From IMG/VR virus record IMGVR_UViG_3300022309_000006, positions 1-61,934 of that record: a stretch of DNA of 61,934 nt; one strand, written 5' to 3'. Positions 9,957 through 19,827 of the stretch are shown here, in pieces. Every line of letters begins with the position of its first letter. The first letter of the stretch is position 1. The notes under the pieces are model-generated. The model saw only the letters and a program-made list of their open reading frames with translations. It searched no databases and had not been told where the DNA came from. The DNA is from a virus (Duplodnaviria > Caudoviricetes). The position numbers were made by a program, and so were the translations under genes.

Positions 9957-12900
9957 TGGCGGTCCTGAACGTCCTGATCAACAGCAAGGGCGCCCAAGCC
10001 GGAGCCGCCCAGGTCCGCACCGCCCTGACCAGCATGTCGAGCACCGCCCGGGTCGCCACCCAGGACATGGAGCGGCGCTTCGAGCGCATGAAATCCTCGA
10101 TCCTGTCGGTCAAGACGGCCCTGGCGGCCTTGGCGCTCGGGGCGTTTGCCCGGGAGGCCTTCGGGGTGGCGATGGAGCTGGAACGGGCCGAACGGCAGAT
10201 GACGGCCCTGACGACGTCGGCCGCGGCCGCCCGGGTGCAGCTCGAGCGGGTCCGGGCCATCGGCGATAAATTCCAATTCTTCAAAGACGAGGACCTGGCG
10301 TCCAGCTTCCGGCTGTTGGTCGCCAACGCGGTCCCACAGGCCGAACAAGCCCTCGACACCATCGCCAACATGGCGGCCCAGACCGGCGTCGACATCAACA
10401 CCGCCACGATGGCGATCATTGGCGCCCAAGAACGGCAACTCCGGCAGCTCGGCGTGCAGCTGATCGACCTCGGCACCGGCAAGGCCCTGATCGCCTTCAA
10501 CGGCATCCGGATCGAAGTCCAAAAGACCGACCAAGCCCTGCAGCGCGGGCTGATCGAGGTGCTGCGGAAAGGCGCGCCCGACGCCACCAAGGTGATGGCG
10601 AACCAGATGGAATTTCAATTCTCCCGCGTGAAGGACACCTGGGAGGACCTCCAGGTGGCGATTATGCGGGGCGGGCTGAACGACTACTTCAAGGCCCTCT
10701 TCAAGACGATCGCCGACACCTTCCAGCCCGAGCAAATCAACCGGGCGGGCAAGGAGATCGCCGACGCCACCATCACGACCCTCGAGCTGATGGCGAAAGC
10801 AGCCGCCGCGACTTACGACACCATCGCCCCGTTCGGCAAGCTCCTGTTCAGCGTGATCAAAAACGCCCTCGACGCCTTCGGGCGATTGCCCCCGGAGATC
10901 CAGACGATCGGGGTGGTGGGCTACCTGTTCCTCGGAACCAGCGGCCGCGCCGCCCTGGTGGCTGCGCTGGCCCTCGCCAACACCCTCGGGCTCAAGGTCG
11001 AGGACATCGGCAAGATGGCGTCCCAGCTCGGGACCGGCGTGCTGGACCTGGCCCAAGGGAGCCCGCTGGGCAAGATGCTACAGAAGAGTGCCGAGCTGGC
11101 GGCCGGGCAAGAGCTGAAGCGCACGCCGGGCAACACCCTGACGCCCGGGCCGAACGCCACGACCCTGGGCGGCTTGTTCCAAGGCGGACCAGAAGTCGAG
11201 AAGGCCGGGGAGAAGACCGATCGGTTCTTTGCTCGGCTCCGGGCCAACTTCCAGGCCGCCCAACAGCAGACGAAAGAGCTGGCTGAGGCCGGGGCCTCCG
11301 CCACCACCCTCCTGAAGGCCAACACCCTCGACGAGAACGCCGAAAAAGTCCGGGCTCAAATGGCGTTCATCCGGGCCAACCTGCAGGACGAGATCGCCCT
11401 CGAGCAGCAAAAGCGGGACCTCGGATTCCAGCCGGAGGTGGCGGAAGCCGAGAAACGGTCCCTCGAGGCCATCAGCAACCTCGAGAAACAAGGCCTCGAG
11501 CTGAACAAACAACAGCGCGACACGATCAAGGGCTACTTCCTCGAACTCGCCAAGGCCCAGCTCCTGACGGCCGACTGGAACACCAACCTCGAGATGGTGC
11601 AGCGGAGCCACGAAGCGGTCCGCAAGATCATGGAGCAGACCGCGGACCTGCAGCGCGATCTGAGCGACCAGGAGGAAGCCCTCCAGCAACCGCTCGGCGC
11701 GGCCCGCCGGGAAGCCGAGATCAAAGCGCAGATGATCCGGACGCTTGAGAAAGAGCGCGTCACCACCCTGCTGCCCAGCCAGCTCGACTGGCTCCAGAAA
11801 CAAGCCACGGTGATCGCCGAGACCGAGACCCGCGTCCGCGGGCTGATGCTGGCGGAACGCCAACGGCTCGACACCGCCGAAGAATTGGCCCGGCTGCAGG
11901 AGGAAACCCGAGACCTGCAGGGCGGCACCCAGGCGGCCCCGATCGGGTCCATCCGGGGCGCCGTCGGGACCGAGCAGCCCTCGGCCGAGACCCTACTGGC
12001 CCGGCGACGACGGGAATTCGAACGGGAAGGCGCAGGCGGGGCGTTCGACGAAGCCACCGCCAAGCAAGAGATCCAAGAGGTGCTGCGCGCCCGGAACCTC
12101 AACCTCCTGACCCGGACCACGTTTGAACTCGAGCGGGAGGTGAAGCAGACCCAAATCCTGAACCAGGTGGCCGGGCAACAGCTCGACCAACGCGAGGCCT
12201 CGACCCGGGCGCTGCAGACCGAACTCGCGCTCCGGCAACAAGGCGTGGACCTGGGGCCCGAGGAAGTCCAGCGCCTCCAGGTCCTGACCAAGACCCTGCA
12301 GGACCAGCGCGCCGAACTCCGCAACACCGACGCCATCAACGGATTTATCGATTCCTTCCGGGTCGGGTTCGACACGATCGTGCATTCCGCCGAGCAGGCC
12401 TACGGCCACCTCGAGGACGCCCTGACCCAAATGGTCCTGACCGGCAAGGCCGACATGCAACAGTTTGTGAACTTCGTCGAAGCCGAAATGGTCCGGCTGT
12501 CCATCAAGATCGCCCTAAACAAACTCTTTGACCAGGTCCTGGAAGGCGCGGGCGCGTTGTTCGGGAAAGGCGGCGGCGCGGGGGGGAGCATCTTCGGGCT
12601 GTTCACCGGGGAGGGCTTCGGCGCCGCTGGCGCGGAAGGCGCGTCCCGGGCGGCCCAGCGCGGCGCCACCGACCCGAGTCTGTTCGGCCCGGGCTTCCGG
12701 CACGGCGGCGTGTTCGATTACCGCGGCGGCCACTTCCGCAGCTATTACGACGTCCCGGGCGCACAGAGCGGCATGCTGTCGTACAACGAACGGCTCCTCC
12801 GGGTGAGCGAAGGCCACACGCCTGAAGCCGTGATCCCGCTGAAAGGCGGGAAGGTGCCGGTCCAGATGAAAGGCGGCGGCGTGACGGTCCATGCCCCCAT

Positions 12901-13003
12901 CACGATCATGACGCCCGACGCCGCCGGAGTGCGGCGGAGCGAAATGCAGATCCAAGCGCAAATGTCGAGCGCCCTGGCGCGCGCAGCCAAGAGGATCACG
13001 TAG
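9956..13003 (+). CDS. tape measure protein
   Basis: 1015 aa, A/L/Q/E-rich helical; C-terminal GF.HGG and EGHTPEAVIPL motifs. Confidence 0.92.
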   Translation: MAVLNVLINSKGAQAGAAQVRTALTSMSSTARVATQDMERRFERMKSSILSVKTALAALALGAFAREAFGVAMELERAERQMTALTTSAAAARVQLERVRAIGDKFQFFKDEDLASSFRLLVANAVPQAEQALDTIANMAAQTGVDINTATMAIIGAQERQLRQLGVQLIDLGTGKALIAFNGIRIEVQKTDQALQRGLIEVLRKGAPDATKVMANQMEFQFSRVKDTWEDLQVAIMRGGLNDYFKALFKTIADTFQPEQINRAGKEIADATITTLELMAKAAAATYDTIAPFGKLLFSVIKNALDAFGRLPPEIQTIGVVGYLFLGTSGRAALVAALALANTLGLKVEDIGKMASQLGTGVLDLAQGSPLGKMLQKSAELAAGQELKRTPGNTLTPGPNATTLGGLFQGGPEVEKAGEKTDRFFARLRANFQAAQQQTKELAEAGASATTLLKANTLDENAEKVRAQMAFIRANLQDEIALEQQKRDLGFQPEVAEAEKRSLEAISNLEKQGLELNKQQRDTIKGYFLELAKAQLLTADWNTNLEMVQRSHEAVRKIMEQTADLQRDLSDQEEALQQPLGAARREAEIKAQMIRTLEKERVTTLLPSQLDWLQKQATVIAETETRVRGLMLAERQRLDTAEELARLQEETRDLQGGTQAAPIGSIRGAVGTEQPSAETLLARRRREFEREGAGGAFDEATAKQEIQEVLRARNLNLLTRTTFELEREVKQTQILNQVAGQQLDQREASTRALQTELALRQQGVDLGPEEVQRLQVLTKTLQDQRAELRNTDAINGFIDSFRVGFDTIVHSAEQAYGHLEDALTQMVLTGKADMQQFVNFVEAEMVRLSIKIALNKLFDQVLEGAGALFGKGGGAGGSIFGLFTGEGFGAAGAEGASRAAQRGATDPSLFGPGFRHGGVFDYRGGHFRSYYDVPGAQSGMLSYNERLLRVSEGHTPEAVIPLKGGKVPVQMKGGGVTVHAPITIMTPDAAGVRRSEMQIQAQMSSALARAAKRIT

Positions 13004-13006
13004 GAG

Positions 13007-13243
13007 ATGGCGAATGCCCGGATGGAGATCGTCTTGGTGGTCGAGCCTGATCGCGTGCATGACGGCGCCGTGCAGCATGTGCTGCCGGTTCATCAGACGC
13101 ACACGGCTACGGCGGCCTGTCCATGTGATCCAATCCTACTGGTGCATCAAGCGGTTAGCCGAGACGGCGAGGAAGCGCGGTACGTCTCGCTCTACTGGCA
13201 CAACTGGAAAGTGACGAAGAGGACCCCCGATGCCATCGTTTGA
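13007..13243 (+). CDS. hypothetical protein
   Basis: 78 aa with CPC.P motif, fills the gap between tape measure and Dit. Confidence 0.45.
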   Translation: MANARMEIVLVVEPDRVHDGAVQHVLPVHQTHTATAACPCDPILLVHQAVSRDGEEARYVSLYWHNWKVTKRTPDAIV

Positions 13244-14051
13244 CGAAGTCCAATTCCCCAGCGACATCAGCTATGGCTCCCGCGGCGGCCCGCAATTCCT
13301 CACCGACGTGGTGGTGCTGGATTCCGGCCACGAAGCCCGGAACATCAACTGGGCGCTGTCCCGGGCCCGCTACGACGTGTCCTACGGCGTCCGGAGCGAA
13401 GCCCAGCTCACCGCCCTGACCCAGTTTTTCTACGCCCGGTACGGCCGGGCCTATGGGTTCCGGTACAAGGACTGGGCGGACTACCACGTGACCCAGGAGC
13501 CCCTGACCAAGACGGGCGCCCCGACGGTGCAGCTGATCAAGACCTATACGAGCGGCCCCCGGAGTTACGTCCGGACCATCACGAAGCCGGTGGCGGGCGT
13601 GACGATGCGGCTCAACACGTCCCCGTTCCCGAGCTTCACGCTCGACACCACGACCGGCATCGCCACCCTGACGGCCGTCTCGAGCGCCTCCATCACGGCC
13701 ATCACGCAAGCCAACCCCGGGGTCGTGACGACCGGCAGCTCCCACGGGTTCAGCAACGGGGACAAGATCTGGATCAAGAACGTGAGCGGCATGACCCAGG
13801 TGAACAATACCCTCTTCACGATCGCGGGCGTGACGGCCACCGAATTTAACCTCGGCGTCAACACCAGCGCCTACAGCGCCTACACCAGCGGCGGCACCGC
13901 CGAAAAGCATGTGCAGCCCGGCGACGTCCTGGACTGGACCGGCGACTTCGACGTGCCGGTGCGGTTCGACGTGGACCACCTGCCCGCCAGCCTCGACGAC
14001 TTCGAACTCGGCAGCGCCGACGGCGTCCTGCTGGTGGAGCTACGGCTATGA
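13230..14051 (+). CDS. distal tail protein (DUF2460/GTA-type) with inserted domain
   Basis: FDEVQFP.DISYGSRGGP, SGHEARNINW, GFRYKDWAD, FDVPVRFD. Confidence 0.9.
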   Translation: MPSFDEVQFPSDISYGSRGGPQFLTDVVVLDSGHEARNINWALSRARYDVSYGVRSEAQLTALTQFFYARYGRAYGFRYKDWADYHVTQEPLTKTGAPTVQLIKTYTSGPRSYVRTITKPVAGVTMRLNTSPFPSFTLDTTTGIATLTAVSSASITAITQANPGVVTTGSSHGFSNGDKIWIKNVSGMTQVNNTLFTIAGVTATEFNLGVNTSAYSAYTSGGTAEKHVQPGDVLDWTGDFDVPVRFDVDHLPASLDDFELGSADGVLLVELRL

Positions 14052-15097
14052 AGGCCGCCAGCGCCCAGCTCCTGAGCCACCTGCAGAGCGACGTCACGAC
14101 CATCGCGGTGTGCTGGAAGATGACGACCGCCGCGGGCGCCGTCTCGGGCTACACGTCCCACACCAGCGACCTGGTGGTCAGCGGCGTGACGTATCGGAGC
14201 GCCCAAGGCTTCGACCCCACGACGACCCAGACGACCGCCGGGCTGAACGTCGACAACCTCAACGTGAAGGGCTTTCTCGACGCCCTCGGCATTACCGACA
14301 CCGACGTGAACAACGGCGTGTACGACGGAGCCAGCCTCGAGCTGTTCCTGGTGAACTGGGCCGACCTGACCCAGGGCACCCTGAAGCTCCGGCGCGGGTT
14401 TCTGGGCAACGTCCGGATGACCCGGGTCGGCTTCGAAGCCGAAATCCGGGGCCTCCTGGAACGCCTCCAGCGCCAGATCCTCGAGGTGTACACCCCGGGC
14501 TGCCGGGCGGACCTGGGCGACAGCCGGTGCGGCGTCCCGCTAAACCCCGGGGTCTGGCAGGCCAGCACGGCCTACACGGCCCGCACGACCGGCGACGCCC
14601 CCACCGGGTCGGCCGTCCGGCCCAGCACCCCGAACGGGCGGCATTTCGTCTGCACGGTGGCGGGCACCAGCGGCGGCTCGGAGCCCACCTGGAACACGAC
14701 CCTGGGGGCCACCACGACCGACGGGAGCGTCACCTGGACCGCCATCCAGGCCCTGACGGTCACCGGCACCGTGACGAGCGTCACGAACAAGCGGATCTTC
14801 GCCGATTCCACGAGAAACGAAGCCGACGGCTATTTTCTCGGCGGGCTGATTACCTGGACCAGCGGGACCAACGCCACCCTGCAGATGGAAGTCAAGCAAT
14901 TCACCAACGGGACCACGACGTTCGAACTGGTGCTCCCGATGCGGAACACGATCCAGGTGGGCGACGCCTACAGCGTGTACGCGGGCTGCGATAAGGCCTG
15001 GACGACCTGCCGGGACAAATTCGGCAACATCCTGAACTTTCGAGGGGAACCGTTCGTGCCTCAAGAGCAGAGCGCGGCGATATCGGCTATCCGATGA
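14048..15097 (+). CDS. baseplate hub protein (DUF2163/BR0599) with inserted carbohydrate-binding-like module
   Basis: C.ADLGD.RC and GCDK..TC..KF.N..NFRGEP; WQASTAY...CT.AGTSG..EPTW insert. Confidence 0.9.
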   Translation: MKAASAQLLSHLQSDVTTIAVCWKMTTAAGAVSGYTSHTSDLVVSGVTYRSAQGFDPTTTQTTAGLNVDNLNVKGFLDALGITDTDVNNGVYDGASLELFLVNWADLTQGTLKLRRGFLGNVRMTRVGFEAEIRGLLERLQRQILEVYTPGCRADLGDSRCGVPLNPGVWQASTAYTARTTGDAPTGSAVRPSTPNGRHFVCTVAGTSGGSEPTWNTTLGATTTDGSVTWTAIQALTVTGTVTSVTNKRIFADSTRNEADGYFLGGLITWTSGTNATLQMEVKQFTNGTTTFELVLPMRNTIQVGDAYSVYAGCDKAWTTCRDKFGNILNFRGEPFVPQEQSAAISAIR

Positions 15098-15519
15098 CCG
15101 GACGAGACCTCATCACGCGGGCCCGCCAGGAGGTGGAGCTCAAGACCAAGTGGCGGCACCAAGGCCGCGAGCCCGGCCAGGCCCTGGACTGCGTGGGGCT
15201 GCTGTATTGCGTGGCGTGGGCCCACGGCCTCGAGGCCGAGGACATCCGCAACTATTCGAAGCGCCCCGGGAGCCAGGCCCTGTACGAGACCCTCGATCGG
15301 TACTGCGAGAACATCGGCACCGAGGCCGCCCGGCTGCCGGGCGACATTCTGGTGCTGTCGGTGGCCGGGGAGGACCCGCAACACACCGCCCTGTGGACCG
15401 GCGACGGCACCGTGATCCATGCCTCCGCGCAGCACCGCAAAGTGGTGGAACAACGGTTTGACGACGACCTGCGCCGGGGCCTCTGCCGCGTGTATCGGCT
15501 GAAAGGGCTCGATGGGTAA
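15094..15519 (+). CDS. NlpC/P60 tail-associated peptidase
   Basis: WRHQGR...LDCVGL, PQHTAL, VIHA. Confidence 0.88.
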   Translation: MTGRDLITRARQEVELKTKWRHQGREPGQALDCVGLLYCVAWAHGLEAEDIRNYSKRPGSQALYETLDRYCENIGTEAARLPGDILVLSVAGEDPQHTALWTGDGTVIHASAQHRKVVEQRFDDDLRRGLCRVYRLKGLDG

Positions 15520-18292
15520 CACGGGCGGACGGTTCGGGCTTCAACTCGGGTTTGCGGTCGCGGGCGGCCTGCTGGGCTCGCTGGGCGGCTTCGGCCAGCT
15601 CGGCTTTGCCATCGGCGCGCTGACCGGGAGCATCCTGGGGTCGTTCCTCTTCCCGGCCGACCAGCAAAACACCGACATCTTCGGCCCCCGGCTCGACGAC
15701 CTCGCGGTCCAGACCAGCACCTACGGGAACGCGATCCCCGCGCTCTACGGGAAGGTGCGGATCGCCGGGAACGTGATCTGGTCCACCGGCCTGATCGAGC
15801 ACGCCACCAGCTCGACCGAGGAAGTGGAGACCGGCAAAGGCGGCCAGCCCCCCACCACGACCACCTGGACCTACACCTACACGGCGAGTTTTGCCATTTC
15901 GCTCTGCTCGAACGAGATCGTGGGGATCGGCCGGATCTGGACCGACGACAAGCTCTGGTACGACTTCAACGATCCGCCCGTCGGGGTGAATTTCGCCTAC
16001 GAACTGTACACCGGCACCGAGACCCAGCTGCCCTGTTCCGCCATCGAAGCCGACAAAGGCGCCGGGAACGTGCCTGCCTTCCGGGGCCAAGCCTACATCG
16101 TGTTCAAAGACCTGCTGTTGACCAAGTTCGGGAACCGGATCCCCAATTTCCACTTCGAGGTGATCGCCAAAGGGACCACCGCCATCACGGCGCAGTTTTA
16201 TCAATCGCCGGACCCGCACTATAGCTGGTTTACTGATCTCGCCATCGATCTCGAAACCGGCTTCGTCTGGGCGGTCCACGGGCAGAAGAACCGGGTCCTG
16301 GTGCTGACGCCCGACCTGGACGTGGTGCGGATCTTCCAGAACGAGATCACCCGCCCCACGCGGATCGCCTATCAACCGGCCTACCACTACCTCGACATCC
16401 CGTTTGCTCTCGGGTTCGACCCGAGTCCCGCGAAGGTTGAAGAAATGCCGCCCCGGATGTTCATCAGCTCCGACTCCTACGGCTTTGGCAACATCGGAGG
16501 GGGGATGGCCGCCACGATCAACACCCGGACCTATGAAGTCAATATCCTGGTGGACGCAGACGGCGACGGGAACCCGTTTGAATTGAGCACCGCCCACCTG
16601 ATCGACGTGGACATGCGGACCATCGCCGCGCAAGTCATGAACGAACAGGGGCCCAAGACGCTGTTGGTCCATGGGAACTGGGATGCCAACGCGATCGTCC
16701 ACACGATCAACGACTATTCCGGCTGGGGCACCGCGATCAACCCGACGGAGTGGACCCGGATCGTGGCCGAGGAATTTCTCGGGCTGTGCGCTGATACCGA
16801 CTTCAGCGACAACAAGATGACCTACGGGTATGCGGTCTTTTGGAGCGGGAAGGTGTGGGCGGTCGACGAGGACTATGCCCGGCGGTACGAAGCGCAGCCG
16901 GTGGTCGGGAGCATCAGCAGTCGGCACCGTCTCAAGTGGGACAAATTCGAGCGGAAGATTTATCTCAAGATCGAATATGAAAACTCCGACGAAGGCCTGT
17001 CCCACATCATCAAGATGTCGGAAGACCTCGGCACCGTCCACTGGGACACCACCCGCGGTCGCCTCTACGCCTGGGAGGCCATCGATATCCATCCGCAGAC
17101 CGGCGCGCTCTATGCCTTGAGCAAGGAGTTCTTGGGGAACTGGTGGATCCATGAACTCGACAAGGCCACCGGCGCTATCCTGAGCAGCTACGAGATCGCC
17201 GACACGGCTAACAAAATCTGGGCCGAGATGCAGATTTATCCCTATTCCATGTTTGCGATGGTGTCCTACGTGAGCGGCTCGACCGGCGGCGGCGGCGTGG
17301 CGAAGGTGCCGCTCACGCCCGGCCCCACCAGCACCACCACGACCCTCAAACAAGTGGTCGAAGACATTTCCTTGCGGACCGGCCTCACGCTTTCGGACAT
17401 CAACGCGTCTGCCTTAGCGGGCGACACCGTCCGGGGCTACGCGCTCGCCAGCCGGATGCCCGCGCGGAATGCCCTCGAGCCTTTGATGCGCGGCTATTTC
17501 TTCGATGCCGTCGAGACCGACAACGTGGCGAAGTTTGTGAAGCGCGGCGGCTCGTCCGTCAAAACCATCGCGTATGCCGACACCGCCCGGCACGAGTCCG
17601 GCGCCGAAGCCCCTGCCCGGCGGGAACGCACCCGCCAGGAAGAGGGCGAAATGCCCTGGCAGGTCGACGTGAGCTACATGGACGAAGCGTCGCTCTACAA
17701 GATCAACGTCCAGTACGCCCGCCGGTTGATCGGCGAGGCCCGCTCGGTCATGTCGGTCCCGATCGCGGCCGTCTTTACCGCCACGGAAGCGCACCGGATC
17801 GCCGAAGTGCTGCTCTACAACGCCTGGGTGGACCGCCAGCAAGCCAAGATGCTGCTCAGCACCGAGTACGTCGAACTCGACCCCACCGACGTGGTGACGT
17901 TCCAAGACGAAGACTCGAGCACCCAGACCTATCGGATCGTGCGGGCCGAGTACACCTACCCGAACCGAGTCGACCTGGAGCTGGTGGAGGAGGACGCCTC
18001 GGTCTATAGCGCGACGGGCACGGGGGTCGATGCGGACGTGCCCGCCCAAACGATCCCCTCAGTGGCCCCCACGCTGGTGTACTTCATGGACATCTCGTTG
18101 ATGGGCCGCGAACAAGACGATGCCCCGGGCTTCTATTTCGCCGGGACCCCGAGCTACGGGACCGGCTGGCCCGGGGCGGCGCTGTTTCAGTCCACCGACG
18201 GCACTACCTACACGGCGGCCGCCACGTTCCCGAGCGCCACCACGGCAGGCGTCGCCAACACCACTCTCGGCTACGAAGGGAGCATCCCATGA
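15512..18292 (+). CDS. central tail fibre/host-specificity protein J (megatron-like), N-terminal part
   Basis: GPRLDDL.VQTSTYG..IP..YG, PAFRG.AYIVF, FGNRIPNF.FEV, GWPGAALF.S.DG; lacks the usual C-terminal domain. Confidence 0.85.
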   Translation: MGNTGGRFGLQLGFAVAGGLLGSLGGFGQLGFAIGALTGSILGSFLFPADQQNTDIFGPRLDDLAVQTSTYGNAIPALYGKVRIAGNVIWSTGLIEHATSSTEEVETGKGGQPPTTTTWTYTYTASFAISLCSNEIVGIGRIWTDDKLWYDFNDPPVGVNFAYELYTGTETQLPCSAIEADKGAGNVPAFRGQAYIVFKDLLLTKFGNRIPNFHFEVIAKGTTAITAQFYQSPDPHYSWFTDLAIDLETGFVWAVHGQKNRVLVLTPDLDVVRIFQNEITRPTRIAYQPAYHYLDIPFALGFDPSPAKVEEMPPRMFISSDSYGFGNIGGGMAATINTRTYEVNILVDADGDGNPFELSTAHLIDVDMRTIAAQVMNEQGPKTLLVHGNWDANAIVHTINDYSGWGTAINPTEWTRIVAEEFLGLCADTDFSDNKMTYGYAVFWSGKVWAVDEDYARRYEAQPVVGSISSRHRLKWDKFERKIYLKIEYENSDEGLSHIIKMSEDLGTVHWDTTRGRLYAWEAIDIHPQTGALYALSKEFLGNWWIHELDKATGAILSSYEIADTANKIWAEMQIYPYSMFAMVSYVSGSTGGGGVAKVPLTPGPTSTTTTLKQVVEDISLRTGLTLSDINASALAGDTVRGYALASRMPARNALEPLMRGYFFDAVETDNVAKFVKRGGSSVKTIAYADTARHESGAEAPARRERTRQEEGEMPWQVDVSYMDEASLYKINVQYARRLIGEARSVMSVPIAAVFTATEAHRIAEVLLYNAWVDRQQAKMLLSTEYVELDPTDVVTFQDEDSSTQTYRIVRAEYTYPNRVDLELVEEDASVYSATGTGVDADVPAQTIPSVAPTLVYFMDISLMGREQDDAPGFYFAGTPSYGTGWPGAALFQSTDGTTYTAAATFPSATTAGVANTTLGYEGSIP

Positions 18293-19299
18293 GCATTCTG
18301 TTTATGGACGGGTTCGACCATTACGCGACGGCCGACATCACGAAGAAATGGGATAGCCAGAGCGGCTCCCCTGCGATCAACGCCGCGGGCGGCCGAAACA
18401 GCAGCGGGGGCATCGAGTTTGATGCCTCGGAGTACGTTGAGAAGACCGTCCCAGGGAACCCCGCCACCCTGATCGTGGCGGGCGCGTTTAAAGTGTCCAG
18501 CCTGTCGGTCAGCCAGGACATCGTCCGGTTCATGGACAGCACCTCCACGCAGGTGAAGATCCGGATCCGAACCGACGGCAAAGTCGAAGCCTTCCGGGAC
18601 ACGACCTCGCTCGGCTCTTCGGCCGCGGCCGTGTTCACCGCGGGCGCTTACGCGCACCTGGACATCAAGGTCACGATCAACGATAGCACCGGCTCGGTGT
18701 TGGTGAAGTCCGGCGGGACCACCCACCTGAACCTGACGAGCCAAGACACCAAGACCACCGCCAACGCCTACGTGACGAGCGTCCGGCTCGGCGGCGACGG
18801 CACCAATACGGTGTCCTGCGACGATTTCTACATCCTGGACACGACCGGCTCCGCCCCGCAGAACGACCAGCTCGGCGACTGCCGCATCGATCTCGCCCGG
18901 CCGAACGCCGAGGGGAACTATGCCGATTTCTCGCCCCTGAGCGGGACCGACAACAGCGCGATGGTGGACGACACGACCCCGGACGGCGACACGACGTACA
19001 ACAGCAGCAGCGCCGTCGGCAACCGGGACAGCTTCACCTTTGTCCCGATGACCGACATCGGCGGCGCCACGATCTACGGGGTGCAGGCCAACGTGGTGGC
19101 CCGGAAGGATTCGACCGGCACCCGGAAGGTCCGGGCCTTTACCCGGCCGGTCGGCACCAACTACTTCGGCAGCTCCCAGACCCTCACGACGGGCTACCTG
19201 AACTTCCGGGAGATTTGGCAGACCAACCCCGAGACGGCCGCGGCCTGGGCGGAATCCGAAGCCAACCTCGCCCAATTCGGCTACGAGGTGGCGAGCTGA
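18289..19299 (+). CDS. virion structural protein
   Basis: MSILFMDGFDHY start, DDFYILD.TG, NPETAAAW; ATGA coupling. Confidence 0.7.
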   Translation: MSILFMDGFDHYATADITKKWDSQSGSPAINAAGGRNSSGGIEFDASEYVEKTVPGNPATLIVAGAFKVSSLSVSQDIVRFMDSTSTQVKIRIRTDGKVEAFRDTTSLGSSAAAVFTAGAYAHLDIKVTINDSTGSVLVKSGGTTHLNLTSQDTKTTANAYVTSVRLGGDGTNTVSCDDFYILDTTGSAPQNDQLGDCRIDLARPNAEGNYADFSPLSGTDNSAMVDDTTPDGDTTYNSSSAVGNRDSFTFVPMTDIGGATIYGVQANVVARKDSTGTRKVRAFTRPVGTNYFGSSQTLTTGYLNFREIWQTNPETAAAWAESEANLAQFGYEVAS

Positions 19300-19679
19300 T
19301 GTACCACTACCGCTGCCAGGTGCTGAACATCGTGGACGCCGACACCGTGGACTGCTTGCTGGACCTGGGGCTGCGGATCCAGACGAGCACCCGGATCCGC
19401 CTGTGGGGGATCAACGCCGTGGAACGGAACGACCCGCGGCACATCACGGCCCAATCGTTCCTGCGGTTCCTGTTGATCGGGAAACCGCTGACGATCTGGA
19501 CCCTGAAGGACAAGACGGAAAAGTACGGACGGCTGCTCGGGGTGTTCTACGAAGCCCGCGAGAGCCGGAGCGTCAACCAAAAGATGCTCGACCAGGGCAT
19601 GGCCGTGCCCTACATGGTCGAACTCCAGAACGGACAGCTCCCGGAGGTGCGCGATGGTGACGTACTACTGGAACCTTGA
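19299..19679 (+). CDS. thermonuclease (SNase-like)
   Basis: VDADTVD...DLG, RIRLWGINAVE, KYGRLLG, NQKMLDQGMAVPY. Confidence 0.88.
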   Translation: MYHYRCQVLNIVDADTVDCLLDLGLRIQTSTRIRLWGINAVERNDPRHITAQSFLRFLLIGKPLTIWTLKDKTEKYGRLLGVFYEARESRSVNQKMLDQGMAVPYMVELQNGQLPEVRDGDVLLEP

Positions 19680-19827
19680 GACCGGCAACAACACAAACCC
19701 CGGGACCAAACGGCATCCGTTCCGTACCCGGTTCGTCTTCGAAGGCTACAAACAGCCCAAACCCATTATGGTGACAGGAGCCCATGGCGACGTTCTACCT
19801 AGACCCCGAAGGCGGCAACGACGGTAA
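19654..19827 (+). pseudogene. short ORF resembling the N-terminus of the two following fibre proteins (truncated paralog)
   Basis: GGAGGTG RBS; MVTYYWNLETGNNTNPGTKRHPFRT vs MATYYLDYEGGNDGNDGTTFANRWKT. Confidence 0.45.
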
